From contig JBFWNS010000002.1 of NCBI GenBank assembly GCA_050250935.1, positions 32,001 through 96,000 of the forward strand: 64,000 bases of DNA, in the 5' to 3' direction. A program made the translations under genes and the position numbers. Each line of letters begins with the position of its first letter. Position 1 is the first letter of the stretch. This stretch comes from Candidatus Margulisiibacteriota bacterium (GTDB lineage: Bacteria; Margulisbacteria; Marinamargulisbacteria; JBFWNS01). The notes beneath the pieces were generated by a model that worked only from the letters and a program-made list of their open reading frames with translations, was not told where the DNA came from and did no database searches. Below are positions 1 to 9,518 of this stretch, one piece after another.

Positions 1-1911
1 TGGCCTTCGGCCATTAATGGGACTTTCAGCACGGCCAATGCCAGTGCTGTTTTTCAAAACTATCACTATGCTGTTCTGGGGGCTGGTCTTGAAGATCCCA
101 GCCATGGCGACCATTTAAACACCCAACAAATTATCGTTGGGACCCCCTCAACTAAGTTTTTTGGTTATATTGATTTGGGGGTTAGCCCAGGCTCCAATTG
201 GAGCACTTCCAACATTGCGGCCAAAGTGGATGCTTGGAAATCCATGGGTATCTACGGCATTTTCCTGGATGATTTCGGCTATGATTTTGGGGTAACCCGT
301 CAGCGTCAAAATGAGGTTGTGGATTATATTCACAACCAAGGGCTTTGTGTGGTGGCCAATGCCTGGGTTCCAGACGATGTTTTTGGCAACACCGTTAATG
401 GATCCAATCCAACTGGCACCGCATCGAAACTAAATGCCACCGATTATTATTTATTTGAAAGTTTTCAGATCAAAGAAGGCGGCTACCAGTCTCAAAGCGA
501 GTTTGTAACCAAAATGGACAGCCTGAATGCCTATCGAAACACCGTAACATCGTTTAATATTCTCGCAGTTACCACGGCAGCGCCAGCCAATACTTTTAGC
601 CAATCTCAATTTGATTATGCTTGGTATACCGCAGCGATTAACAGCGTGCGGGGCTTGGGTTGGGGCGAATACGACTTTTCTGCAAATTCTGCTCAAGCTC
701 CCTTGCGAGCCAGACCTACGCCCACACTTGGAAATACATTTACCTCCGCAGCGCAACTATCTGGCCCCACCCAAAACAGAACCACGGAATTGGGGACACT
801 CAGCATAAATTTTAATACCCACATTGGGAGCTTTAGCACGCCCAATGCCGCAGTTGAAGTGGTTTCCGCCAATGCCAACATTATTACTATGGGGTATGTT
901 GAAAACCTAAGAACAGGCGGAACCAGCGCCATTTCAAAATTAAACTACGACTCTATCGATTATATTGTGCACGGCTTTGTTCGCCCCGAAGCCAATGGCA
1001 GCCTTTCGGAAACAACCAATTTCGCCACCTATCGCCAAGCCGGATTGGCAACGACCACCCACCAACATGGCAAAAAAATTATCATGAGTATTGGCGGCGC
1101 CCTCGATTCGACATATTTTTCAACGATTGCCGCCAGCACTGCCTTGCGCGCCACCTTCGTTGGCAACGTGGTTACGGCTTTACAATCTTGGGGCTATGAC
1201 GGCGTGGACATCGACTGGGAGTTTCCAGAGTCCGAAAGCGACAAACAAAATTTCACCCTCCTCATGCAAGCCTTGTACACCGCCGTTAAACAAGCCAACC
1301 CCAACCATGTGGTGATGTTTGGTGCAAGCCCAGCCGATAAATTGGCAATGGTTGATTGGGCACAAATTAAATTTTACACAGACTATGCCTTTTATTTTGG
1401 CTATGACTGGAAAAACCCAGCCAATGGGCCTTTGCAAAAAGGACCTCTAAACAATCCCCCTCAGCAATGGATTGCGCCTTATACCGAACACATCGATGCC
1501 TCTGTCTCTGGGGCTTTAAACTATATCCTTTCAAAAGGATTCCCAGAATCCAAACTCATTATGGGTATTCCGTTTTATGGCTCCGATAACAGCTCGTGGA
1601 GCAGCATTCGGTCTACGTATATCGCCCAAAAATCACAATTAAGTGTTGATCCATTCTATGCGGAAGTGTTAATTAATAATGTTTGGTGGAATACACCAGA
1701 AGCCATTACGGTTAAGATGAACAAGGTTTTATTACCCGCATCTTCTGTTTTGGCCGGTGGTAAAGTGATTCGCGGTGTCGGATGGTGGGAATTTGGGCAT
1801 GAAGACCCCGATTTTGCCGATCTGTCTTCCGCAGTGTTATCTTGGAAACAAGGACATCCCCCCACGATACCCGTTTTGCCCAATTACAACACTTTCTTTT
1901 GGATGGAGTAA
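1..1911 (+). CDS. Two-domain glycoside hydrolase, 5' truncated by the window: N-terminal TIM-barrel-like domain (Spherulin-4/GH135- or GH114-like) plus C-terminal GH18 chitinase-like domain
   Basis: Frame 1 is open from base 1 (WPSAINGTFS...), so the gene starts upstream of the window. GH18 motifs SIGG and GYDGVDIDWEFP (DxxDxDxE) and KLIMGIPFYG are present. The N-terminal domain has GIFLDDFG and YYLFESF. Confidence 0.8.
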   Translation, partial: WPSAINGTFSTANASAVFQNYHYAVLGAGLEDPSHGDHLNTQQIIVGTPSTKFFGYIDLGVSPGSNWSTSNIAAKVDAWKSMGIYGIFLDDFGYDFGVTRQRQNEVVDYIHNQGLCVVANAWVPDDVFGNTVNGSNPTGTASKLNATDYYLFESFQIKEGGYQSQSEFVTKMDSLNAYRNTVTSFNILAVTTAAPANTFSQSQFDYAWYTAAINSVRGLGWGEYDFSANSAQAPLRARPTPTLGNTFTSAAQLSGPTQNRTTELGTLSINFNTHIGSFSTPNAAVEVVSANANIITMGYVENLRTGGTSAISKLNYDSIDYIVHGFVRPEANGSLSETTNFATYRQAGLATTTHQHGKKIIMSIGGALDSTYFSTIAASTALRATFVGNVVTALQSWGYDGVDIDWEFPESESDKQNFTLLMQALYTAVKQANPNHVVMFGASPADKLAMVDWAQIKFYTDYAFYFGYDWKNPANGPLQKGPLNNPPQQWIAPYTEHIDASVSGALNYILSKGFPESKLIMGIPFYGSDNSSWSSIRSTYIAQKSQLSVDPFYAEVLINNVWWNTPEAITVKMNKVLLPASSVLAGGKVIRGVGWWEFGHEDPDFADLSSAVLSWKQGHPPTIPVLPNYNTFFWME

Positions 1912-1916
1912 AGTTT

Positions 1917-2900
1917 ATGAACCAACGCCTAGTATCTGCCCTTTTTGCCTGTCTTTTTTTGACAGCCCCAGTCTTTGGACAAAGCGTTGGTCTTCGCCTT
2001 GCTCCCTATCTGTCCTATTCTGGCAAAGGGGTTGATGCACTGCCCGAAATCAGTGGCGTTTGGACCTGCGAATATAACAAAGACTGGAGCATCACCTCCA
2101 GTTTGGGGTATTTTCAATACCAACAACAGGGAACCTTTTTCCCTGGCGTTACCTATGGGGTTCGTGGAAACTATAAATTGTCTCCCCATTTTTATGGGGT
2201 TGTTGGTCTTAATGGCGTCACGTCCAGAGGCATTGCAGCAAGCATTGGGGCCATGGCAAAAACACCCCTTTCAGAACGGTATACAGGCGGCATTTTTGTG
2301 ACTTATTCCTCTGCCCAAGACCTTCAAATTGGGGTAGAAATCGAGCAACTTCGATTGCCATCTTTCGATAGCCCCGAACTGTCCAACCTCACCATTGCCG
2401 AAACCAAAGAAGTTGAAAAAACAGAAGACCTTACGTCTAGACAGCGAATCGAAGCCAATATTTTGGCCACACCCAAAACCGCCGTTGTGTTTGAAGATAT
2501 CGCCACCCATTGGGCGAAAAACGATATTCAGTTTACGGCTGAACTGGGTTTGTTTAAAGAATCGCCAGACCATAAATTTAATCCTCAACAAATCCTCTCT
2601 CAGGCCAGCAGTGCCATTGTGATTGGACGCTTGGCCAACTTGCTGGGCCTAACCCGACACAGCGAAACCGAGGTTATTGCTCAAACCCGCAGCACACAGC
2701 CCGAAACCAAAAAGCAATTCCTGCAACGCCTGGCTATTTTGGCCAGCATTCAAGGGGTTATTAAAAATGAAGACCCTTCAGAACTGCTTAAAAACTGCGG
2801 CTATTCCGAAAAAGCCATTCAAAACTTTACTTGGAATAAATCCATTACCCGCGCAGAAGCAGCCAGCTTGCTTGCTCGATATCTGCACAGAGCCGAATGA
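1917..2900 (+). CDS. Exported protein: OMP-like beta-strand domain plus C-terminal SLH repeats
   Basis: ATG at 1917 gives a signal peptide (MNQRLVSALFACLFLTAPVFG). Alternating beta-strand pattern follows, then SLH motifs FEDIATHWAK...FNPQQIL and ITRAEAASLL. Confidence 0.7.
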   Translation: MNQRLVSALFACLFLTAPVFGQSVGLRLAPYLSYSGKGVDALPEISGVWTCEYNKDWSITSSLGYFQYQQQGTFFPGVTYGVRGNYKLSPHFYGVVGLNGVTSRGIAASIGAMAKTPLSERYTGGIFVTYSSAQDLQIGVEIEQLRLPSFDSPELSNLTIAETKEVEKTEDLTSRQRIEANILATPKTAVVFEDIATHWAKNDIQFTAELGLFKESPDHKFNPQQILSQASSAIVIGRLANLLGLTRHSETEVIAQTRSTQPETKKQFLQRLAILASIQGVIKNEDPSELLKNCGYSEKAIQNFTWNKSITRAEAASLLARYLHRAE

Positions 2901-4258
2901 GCCGTTTCCAGCTCTTACTGGCATGTTTGGTCGTTCTGATCGCTTCCCCGCTTTTGGCGGAACAACCTGTTTATTACAAATATAGCTTGGGGCCCTATGT
3001 TGGCCTTCATCGCTTTGCACCGTCTAAACAAATGGGGGTAACCGCCGAGATTGGTGGAAGAGCTTCCTATGCCCTCGATGAAAACAGAGGTTGGACTGGC
3101 AGTTTGGGGTTCTCCCCGGCCTTTGAAAATGGCAATGCCCTAACCCTTTTTACGCTTTCCGCCGGATACGAACAAGGGCTTGGCACACAAAAATGGTTTA
3201 ATTCTATGGTCAGACCGGCCATCGGGGTTGGGCTGTTTGCGGACACGGCCAAAGGTGTGTGGCCCTATGTCAGTTTGACGTTTGAATTGGTTGGAGAACC
3301 GCAAGACACAACCGCCATCCGAACCTTGGTGGGTACCGATCAGCTTTATGCCATCGATATTCAAACCAAGTTCCAAAAAATTCTTTTGGCCGAAAAAATT
3401 GAGCCCATTCTTTCAACCCCCGTTCAACTGGAAAACACCAAAAAAACGGGGCTAGCTGCAGCATTAATTGCCCCCAGCCAATTGCTTCATATCCGCTACA
3501 CCTACCGAACCCCAGACGATGTCAGCACCCATTGGGCCAGACGGGAAATTGCAACCCTGACCAGCATTGGCATTTTTGATTCTCCAAACCGACGATTCTA
3601 TCCCAAAACCCTCATGACGGGGTTGGATGCGCTGCGTTTAACCATTTTGGCCACGGACTATTTAGAAGCCGCCAAAGAAGAAAGCGCCTTTAGCACGGTT
3701 GTTGAAAACCTAGATGGACGCAGGGTCTCGGTGAATGTGGCTTTGAACCAAGAGCCTAAATCTTGGACGCTGCTCGATACCAGCTATTCGCCAGGCACCT
3801 ACAAAAACCCCCTACCCTATGCCAACCTTAAAGAGGGCCGCTATGAAATGACCTTGCGTGTTTCTTCGGACGCAGAAGTGGTTACCACCTCCCAACCCGT
3901 GATTGTGGCAACGGTCTATCGACACCTTGCCTGGGCTCCCCAACGCATTAAAGAAGTGGAAACCAAAAATATTGCCACTTTGTCTAAATTTAACCCTGCA
4001 GAATCCATTACCAAGGTTTCTTTTATTCGGCTATTGTCTCAGGTTTATACCCTGTATACCTCGCCCATGCTAGCCGATACCTTGCAGCGGGAACCCCAGC
4101 CTCAGCAGGTGGCAACCTTTGTCAAAACCATAGGCTATACCAGCGATTGGTACGAAGCCATTCCCACGGACGACCCCATTACCCGTGCAGAAGGGGCCTT
4201 GTTAACGTATAAATTGTTACGGGTTCTTTCGCCAGAACATCTACCAACCCCAGACTAA
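2897..4258 (+). CDS. Exported protein: OMP-like beta-strand domain plus SLH repeats with an inserted Ig-like segment
   Basis: Signal peptide, beta-strand-rich N-terminal half, SLH motifs DDVSTHWAR...FYPK and ITRAEGALL. ATGA overlap with the upstream paralog. Confidence 0.7.
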   Translation: MSRFQLLLACLVVLIASPLLAEQPVYYKYSLGPYVGLHRFAPSKQMGVTAEIGGRASYALDENRGWTGSLGFSPAFENGNALTLFTLSAGYEQGLGTQKWFNSMVRPAIGVGLFADTAKGVWPYVSLTFELVGEPQDTTAIRTLVGTDQLYAIDIQTKFQKILLAEKIEPILSTPVQLENTKKTGLAAALIAPSQLLHIRYTYRTPDDVSTHWARREIATLTSIGIFDSPNRRFYPKTLMTGLDALRLTILATDYLEAAKEESAFSTVVENLDGRRVSVNVALNQEPKSWTLLDTSYSPGTYKNPLPYANLKEGRYEMTLRVSSDAEVVTTSQPVIVATVYRHLAWAPQRIKEVETKNIATLSKFNPAESITKVSFIRLLSQVYTLYTSPMLADTLQREPQPQQVATFVKTIGYTSDWYEAIPTDDPITRAEGALLTYKLLRVLSPEHLPTPD

Positions 4259-5067
4259 AAAAACCGTTTCCAGAAGCTTTTTTTAGTGGACACCGTGGTT
4301 TCCAATTCTGAAGAAGCCTCTTTCTTTTGGGTTTTCAACAGATCAAAATATAAGCCTTCCATTTGGTCTAGCTTCAGGGGAACCCCTTTAACATTCACCA
4401 AAAAAAACCACTGCTTGGCCAGTTCCTGAAGAAACCGATCCGAAAACGGCAGGTGTTGATCATCCAGCAATCTGCGCCAGCTTTTTTCGACAGCCTCACG
4501 TTCTGATACTTTGGGGCAAACGGGCATTACCCCTTGCCTTGCCGGGGCTAAATATTGAATTAAGAACGACTCGACCTGCTCTGCCCCCACGGCCATCATC
4601 AACGCCCGTTGACGCAGCTCGTCTTCCAGCATGGGGGCGTCTCTTAAGGCTTTGTCTTCGTAATACGAGGCACTGATGTCGAGCTTAAAATCTTGGTCGT
4701 GAAGGGTCGAGGTGGCTGGCAATGGCGTGGATTTTGATGCTACCTTTTGAGGATTTGCGTCGGCTTTTTTAAGGGGGCGATGTTCCAATGCAGCCAGCAT
4801 ATTGTCCACTGTCGTATCGACTTTTTCTTGGTCTAGGCGCTTAAAAATCGACAGCCACAGCTTGGACAACTGATCCATAAACACGGCATCGAAAGCGGGG
4901 TATAACGGCTCGATCAGTCCGATCCATTCGTCGGAAACGGTTGCCAGATCTCGGCCTTGGGGTAACGGAATTTCAGGGTGATTGACGGCCGTTCGCAAAT
5001 AGCTTTTCAGAAAGCTTCCATAGTCCCCTTGTTTGATGGCTTCTTGTAGTGCAGCCTTGTTTATCAT
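4255..5067 (-). CDS. Hypothetical protein with an internal duplication and a C-terminal amphipathic tail
   Basis: 270-aa ORF fills the gap between genes. Two similar halves (SFL..YL...W..L...F...F..L.K.W); ends KKSFWKRFF. Confidence 0.7.
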   Translation of the reverse strand: MINKAALQEAIKQGDYGSFLKSYLRTAVNHPEIPLPQGRDLATVSDEWIGLIEPLYPAFDAVFMDQLSKLWLSIFKRLDQEKVDTTVDNMLAALEHRPLKKADANPQKVASKSTPLPATSTLHDQDFKLDISASYYEDKALRDAPMLEDELRQRALMMAVGAEQVESFLIQYLAPARQGVMPVCPKVSEREAVEKSWRRLLDDQHLPFSDRFLQELAKQWFFLVNVKGVPLKLDQMEGLYFDLLKTQKKEASSELETTVSTKKSFWKRFF

Positions 5068-5201
5068 CCTGTATCCCCAACGAATATTGATTCAAATTCT
5101 TTAAGAATCATGCTAGACTTTTTGGGTTAAAAAACCGCTTTGGACCTCTCATTTTGGGTCCACTATCAACCCTCATTCCCAAAAAATCAAGGATTTAAAA
5201 C

Positions 5202-6308
5202 ATGAAGAAGATTGCCGTTATCGGTGGAGATGGCACCGGCCCAGAAGTTGTTGCCGAAGCCACTAAAGTCTTAAAGCACCTTCAGGGGATTCATTCCTTT
5301 CAACTGGACCTTAAACCCCTGCCCTACAACGGCACCCGCTATATTGAAGAAGGCACGCTCTTAACCGATGCCGAACTGGATCATTTAAAAACCTACGACG
5401 CGATTTTATTGGGGGCCATTGGTCATCCCGATGTAAAACCTGGGATTTTGGAACGAGGCATTTTATTGAAACTGCGCTTTGGACTGGATCAATACATTAA
5501 CCTAAGACCGGTTAAGTTATACGAAAATGTGGCCAGTCCGCTTAAAAATAAAACCCCAGACGACATCGACTATGTGGTGGTCCGCGAAAATACCGGAGAC
5601 GTCTACACCGGAATGGGCGGGGTTATGATGAAAGACACGCCCCATGAAGTCGCCACCCAAACCATGATTTACACCCGGCATCAAGTTGAACGTTGCCTTA
5701 AATTTGCCTTTGAATACACTTTAAAACGCCATAAAAACGCTCCCTGGAAAGGGCTCAGTGAAGCCGAAAAAGCAGCTGGCTTTGTTGGAAAAATTACCCT
5801 CTGCGGGAAATCCAATGTGTTGACCCACGTTTTTGATTTGTGGGAAAGAACCTTGGCTGATCTTTCAAAAGCCTACCCAACCATTAAAACCGACTATGTC
5901 CACGTCGATGCCGTTTGCATTTACATGATCGAGTGCCCAGAGCGGTTTGATACCATCGTTACCACCAACATGTTTGGCGACATCATCACCGATTTGGCCG
6001 CTGTTACCCAAGGTGGCATGGGGGTTGCGCCCAGTGGAAACATCAATCCAGAAGGGGTTAGCATGTTCGAGCCTATTGGTGGGACGGCCCCAGCTTTTAC
6101 TGGAAAAAACGAAATTAATCCCATTGCTTGCATCAGTGCCGCACAGTTGATGTTGGCCCACTTGGGATTTGAAGCTGCCAGTGTTCAGCTAGAAGGTGCC
6201 ATTCAACGTACTGTGATGCAAATGAAGAGCATGGCTGCAGCACAAATGGGTTTTTCGACCTCAGAGATTGGCGATTTGGTTTGCAAAGAACTATCAGGAG
6301 CGCAGTAA
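5202..6308 (+). CDS. leuB: 3-isopropylmalate dehydrogenase
   Basis: IAVIGGDGTGPEV, LLKLRFGLDQYINLRP, VRENT, NMFGDIITD and FEPIGGTAP motifs of the IMDH family. Confidence 0.9.
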   Translation: MKKIAVIGGDGTGPEVVAEATKVLKHLQGIHSFQLDLKPLPYNGTRYIEEGTLLTDAELDHLKTYDAILLGAIGHPDVKPGILERGILLKLRFGLDQYINLRPVKLYENVASPLKNKTPDDIDYVVVRENTGDVYTGMGGVMMKDTPHEVATQTMIYTRHQVERCLKFAFEYTLKRHKNAPWKGLSEAEKAAGFVGKITLCGKSNVLTHVFDLWERTLADLSKAYPTIKTDYVHVDAVCIYMIECPERFDTIVTTNMFGDIITDLAAVTQGGMGVAPSGNINPEGVSMFEPIGGTAPAFTGKNEINPIACISAAQLMLAHLGFEAASVQLEGAIQRTVMQMKSMAAAQMGFSTSEIGDLVCKELSGAQ

Positions 6309-6314
6309 ACGGTT

Positions 6315-9300
6315 ATGAAAAAACTCAGTCTTTTGGTCTTTGGATTTGTTCTTTTCTTTTTGCCTTTGTCCTTGAATGCCCAAGAATTTAAAGTATCGAC
6401 CACACCGAACCCCGCTGTTCCTGGCCAGAAATTACGGTTTACCGTTCAAACCAAAACCCCCATTCAAAAAGCCTCTATTGTTTTTTCTAGCACCACTAAA
6501 ATTAGCCTAAACGCCATTGGAAAAGGCCTGTATACCGGCAGCTATTTGGTTCCGGCTTCTACCAAGCCTGGCGCTTATTCTGCCAAGTTGTATGTGGTCT
6601 TGCCCCGGGAAGAAAAAGGATTTTTGATTACCCTGTCCTACACCGTGGGGTCAGATCCGTCAAAAACCGACAGCGGAACAACCGATCAGATTGGCCAATC
6701 CAAGTCTTTGGCCAGTATGGACTTAAACATCAAAATCGACGAACTTGAAACCAGCGTTGATCAGCTTCAACAAAACAAAAAAACATTGGAAAACCGCATT
6801 AAAGATCTTCAAAAACAGCTTCAAGATCTCAAAAATGCTAAGCCAGAAAAAAAGCCAGCCTCTCCTGAACAAAGCCAAGCCATCAAAGATATTGAAGAAA
6901 AAACCAAAAATTTAAAGCAGCTTCAAGATAGCCTTGCTGCCGAAAAAAAAGAATTGGCCCACAAAACAGAAGCCTATCAAAAACAATTGTTTGATCTTTC
7001 AAACACCGAAAAAACCCTTAAGGCCAAGGAACAAAAGCTTTCCGAAATCGAAAGCCAATTAAGTGTTCGGCAAACCGGTCTAACCGAAGCCGAGCGCCGT
7101 TTGTCCCAGCAACAATTTGTGGTGGATCAACGCGAAGAGCAGCTCAGCCAACGGGAAATGAATCTTTCTAAAATCGAAGAAAACCTAACCCAACAGGACC
7201 GTCAGGTTCGGGAGTTGGAACAACGCATTTCAAAAGAAAAAGAAAGCCTAAGTCAAAAACAAACCCAAATCACTGCCAAAGAAGCCACACTGGGAACCCT
7301 GTCCCAGCAAATCAAAGACAAAGACGCCGAACTTCGGGAATACAACAAGCGCCTTGAGAACCAAGAAATGGTGTTATCATCGCAAAAAAGCGAGATCGAT
7401 GCCGCCAAAAAGACCCTTGGTTTCGAGCAAAACAAGCTCAATAAAATCCGTAATCAACTGTCCCAACAAAAGCAGGCTTACGATGCAGAATCTCAAAAGC
7501 TGGCGGCCCAAATTGCGGAGTACGAAAAACAAAAATCCAAAACTGATGCCAGCAACCAAGCACAACAAAACGCCCTTAACCAACGCAAACTTGCCTTGGA
7601 TCAAGCCAAGATCGCCTTGGACAACAAGCGGTCCGAATTGGAAAAAAACGAAGCCTCTCAAGCCGCCAAACAAGAAGAGCTCAACAAAACATCCCAAGCC
7701 TTGACCACGTTATATTCCCTGTTCAAAGAACGTCAGGACTATTTGACTTCGGTTAAAGGCAACATGGAAGCCCTCAAAGCCGATTTCGATGCCAAATACG
7801 AATACATTAAAGAGCTTCGAACCTGGGTAACCAAGAAAAACGAGGTTATGGAAAAAGCCTATGTGAGCGCCCAAAAAGAATCTGCCTCTCGCCAACAAAA
7901 ACTGGAAGAACGCCTCGAAGAAATGCAAGGACTCTCAAAATCTTTGGAAAATCAATCCAAATATGTGGGTGATTTAAATCTTAAATTGATCGAGCAAAAC
8001 GAAAAACTGCGCCAGCAATTGGAAACCGTCAAAAAACCCAGCTACCCTTACCGCTTTTCCATCACGCCAGGGTTGGGGTATCACTTTTTTAGTTCGACAA
8101 CCTATTCCAGTGGCCCAGAGGCTGGGTTAAAAGTGGGTTATATTTTGAACGATCAATGGTCTTTGGAAGCCGGTGGTTCGATCATTTCGACCCAAATTCA
8201 AAGCTCTTCGGTTAATAAATTTTTGTTTGGCTATACCGTGGATGTCATGTACCGCTACCCCATTTCTGCAACCACAGAACTGTATGCCCTGCCTGGGATT
8301 GCCGGCATCGTTAACAACAGCAACCCCAATTTTTTCTTCGGGGCTGGGCTTCGGTTCAACAGCAGCGACGACTTTGCTTCTTTTTGTGAATTTAGAAAAG
8401 GAACCGATACGGTTATTGGATTTGGGTTTGAGCAAAAAATAAAAAATCCAGACCAATGGTTTGCCCAAGCTGCACCCATCGAACAACCAGTAAAACTTGA
8501 TCTCCCTGTTCAAAAACCAGTGGTTGATGGATTTAGTGTTGCTTTAAAAGTACCCTCCAACCGCTACCAATACACCTTCGAAAACCCACGCTTTACAGAC
8601 ATGGATAATCACTGGGCCCTCAAAGAAGTTCTGTTGCTGACCAAGCTGAAAATTCTGGATGGCCGAGAAGAAACCGTTCGAACGTTTGATCCTAAAACCA
8701 GAATCTACAGCTCTCGCATTCAACGTGTTTTTGATCCCAGGGCTACCATTACCAAAGCCGAAATGACAAAACTGTTGGTTCTGACAGCCTTTTTGGACGA
8801 AATTTACGACGAGCCCACCACCACCATCAACTATACCGTGGTCGGAAAACCCAATGCCCTTTACGAGACCTCTTTAACTGTTCAAACCCCATCCGGAGAC
8901 GTTGTCTCTACCCTAGCGTCTGGACGGGAAAAACCCAGTAGCCATGCCCTGATTTGGGAAGGAGACGATCCTGCTTCTAAGAAAAAATTGGATCAAGGTA
9001 CTTATACTTTTGTGTTGACTGCCACCGACGCCAGCATTCCCACTGCTCCGGTTGTTCGCACCGAAACAAGAGATCTGGTGTTGGTTAATTTAACAACACC
9101 GATGTTCGAGAGCACAGCACCAGATGCGCCTTTCAAAGACATTCCTGGCGACTATTGGTGTAAACCCTACATCAACACTGCCGTTCAATTTGGCATTTTT
9201 GAATCGGGCACTACGTTTGATCCCAAAAAACCCGTGCGTCGTATCGAGTTTATCGATGCCATTGCCAAAACCCTATTGTACTGGGGTGCCCAAGAGCCCA

Positions 9301-9518
9301 AAATCAATTTGGATCTTGGTTTCTACAAAGATGCCCAGAAAATTCCCAAAGAGTATTTGTCGATTATGCCCGTTTATGTGAACGAATTGGGCTATGGTGG
9401 AGACCCCAAACATTATCTCGATCCGCTGTCCCCCATTAACCGTGCAGAAGCCGCCATTTTGTTAAGCAAGTTAATCGATTGGCGCAAAGCACATCCCGGT
9501 GTCACCAAACCCCACTGA
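6315..9518 (+). CDS. Large envelope protein: Ig-like domain, long coiled coil, OMP-like barrel, SLH repeats with a FlgD-like Ig insert
   Basis: Signal peptide; K/E/Q-rich heptad region from about residue 135 to 570; beta-strand block; SLH motifs FTDMDNHWA, ITKAEM, FKDIPGDYW, INRAEAAILL; WEGDD...DQGTYTFVL FlgD-like motif. Confidence 0.75.
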   Translation: MKKLSLLVFGFVLFFLPLSLNAQEFKVSTTPNPAVPGQKLRFTVQTKTPIQKASIVFSSTTKISLNAIGKGLYTGSYLVPASTKPGAYSAKLYVVLPREEKGFLITLSYTVGSDPSKTDSGTTDQIGQSKSLASMDLNIKIDELETSVDQLQQNKKTLENRIKDLQKQLQDLKNAKPEKKPASPEQSQAIKDIEEKTKNLKQLQDSLAAEKKELAHKTEAYQKQLFDLSNTEKTLKAKEQKLSEIESQLSVRQTGLTEAERRLSQQQFVVDQREEQLSQREMNLSKIEENLTQQDRQVRELEQRISKEKESLSQKQTQITAKEATLGTLSQQIKDKDAELREYNKRLENQEMVLSSQKSEIDAAKKTLGFEQNKLNKIRNQLSQQKQAYDAESQKLAAQIAEYEKQKSKTDASNQAQQNALNQRKLALDQAKIALDNKRSELEKNEASQAAKQEELNKTSQALTTLYSLFKERQDYLTSVKGNMEALKADFDAKYEYIKELRTWVTKKNEVMEKAYVSAQKESASRQQKLEERLEEMQGLSKSLENQSKYVGDLNLKLIEQNEKLRQQLETVKKPSYPYRFSITPGLGYHFFSSTTYSSGPEAGLKVGYILNDQWSLEAGGSIISTQIQSSSVNKFLFGYTVDVMYRYPISATTELYALPGIAGIVNNSNPNFFFGAGLRFNSSDDFASFCEFRKGTDTVIGFGFEQKIKNPDQWFAQAAPIEQPVKLDLPVQKPVVDGFSVALKVPSNRYQYTFENPRFTDMDNHWALKEVLLLTKLKILDGREETVRTFDPKTRIYSSRIQRVFDPRATITKAEMTKLLVLTAFLDEIYDEPTTTINYTVVGKPNALYETSLTVQTPSGDVVSTLASGREKPSSHALIWEGDDPASKKKLDQGTYTFVLTATDASIPTAPVVRTETRDLVLVNLTTPMFESTAPDAPFKDIPGDYWCKPYINTAVQFGIFESGTTFDPKKPVRRIEFIDAIAKTLLYWGAQEPKINLDLGFYKDAQKIPKEYLSIMPVYVNELGYGGDPKHYLDPLSPINRAEAAILLSKLIDWRKAHPGVTKPH

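Noticed and set aside
1842..1916. Longer upstream starts given in the ORF track (for example 1842, 11172, 15831, 26356, 27774, 30494, 36980, 46872)
   Set aside because: They overlap neighbouring genes or regulatory DNA, or lack an SD. Downstream ATGs give better SDs, signal peptides or family-typical N-termini.
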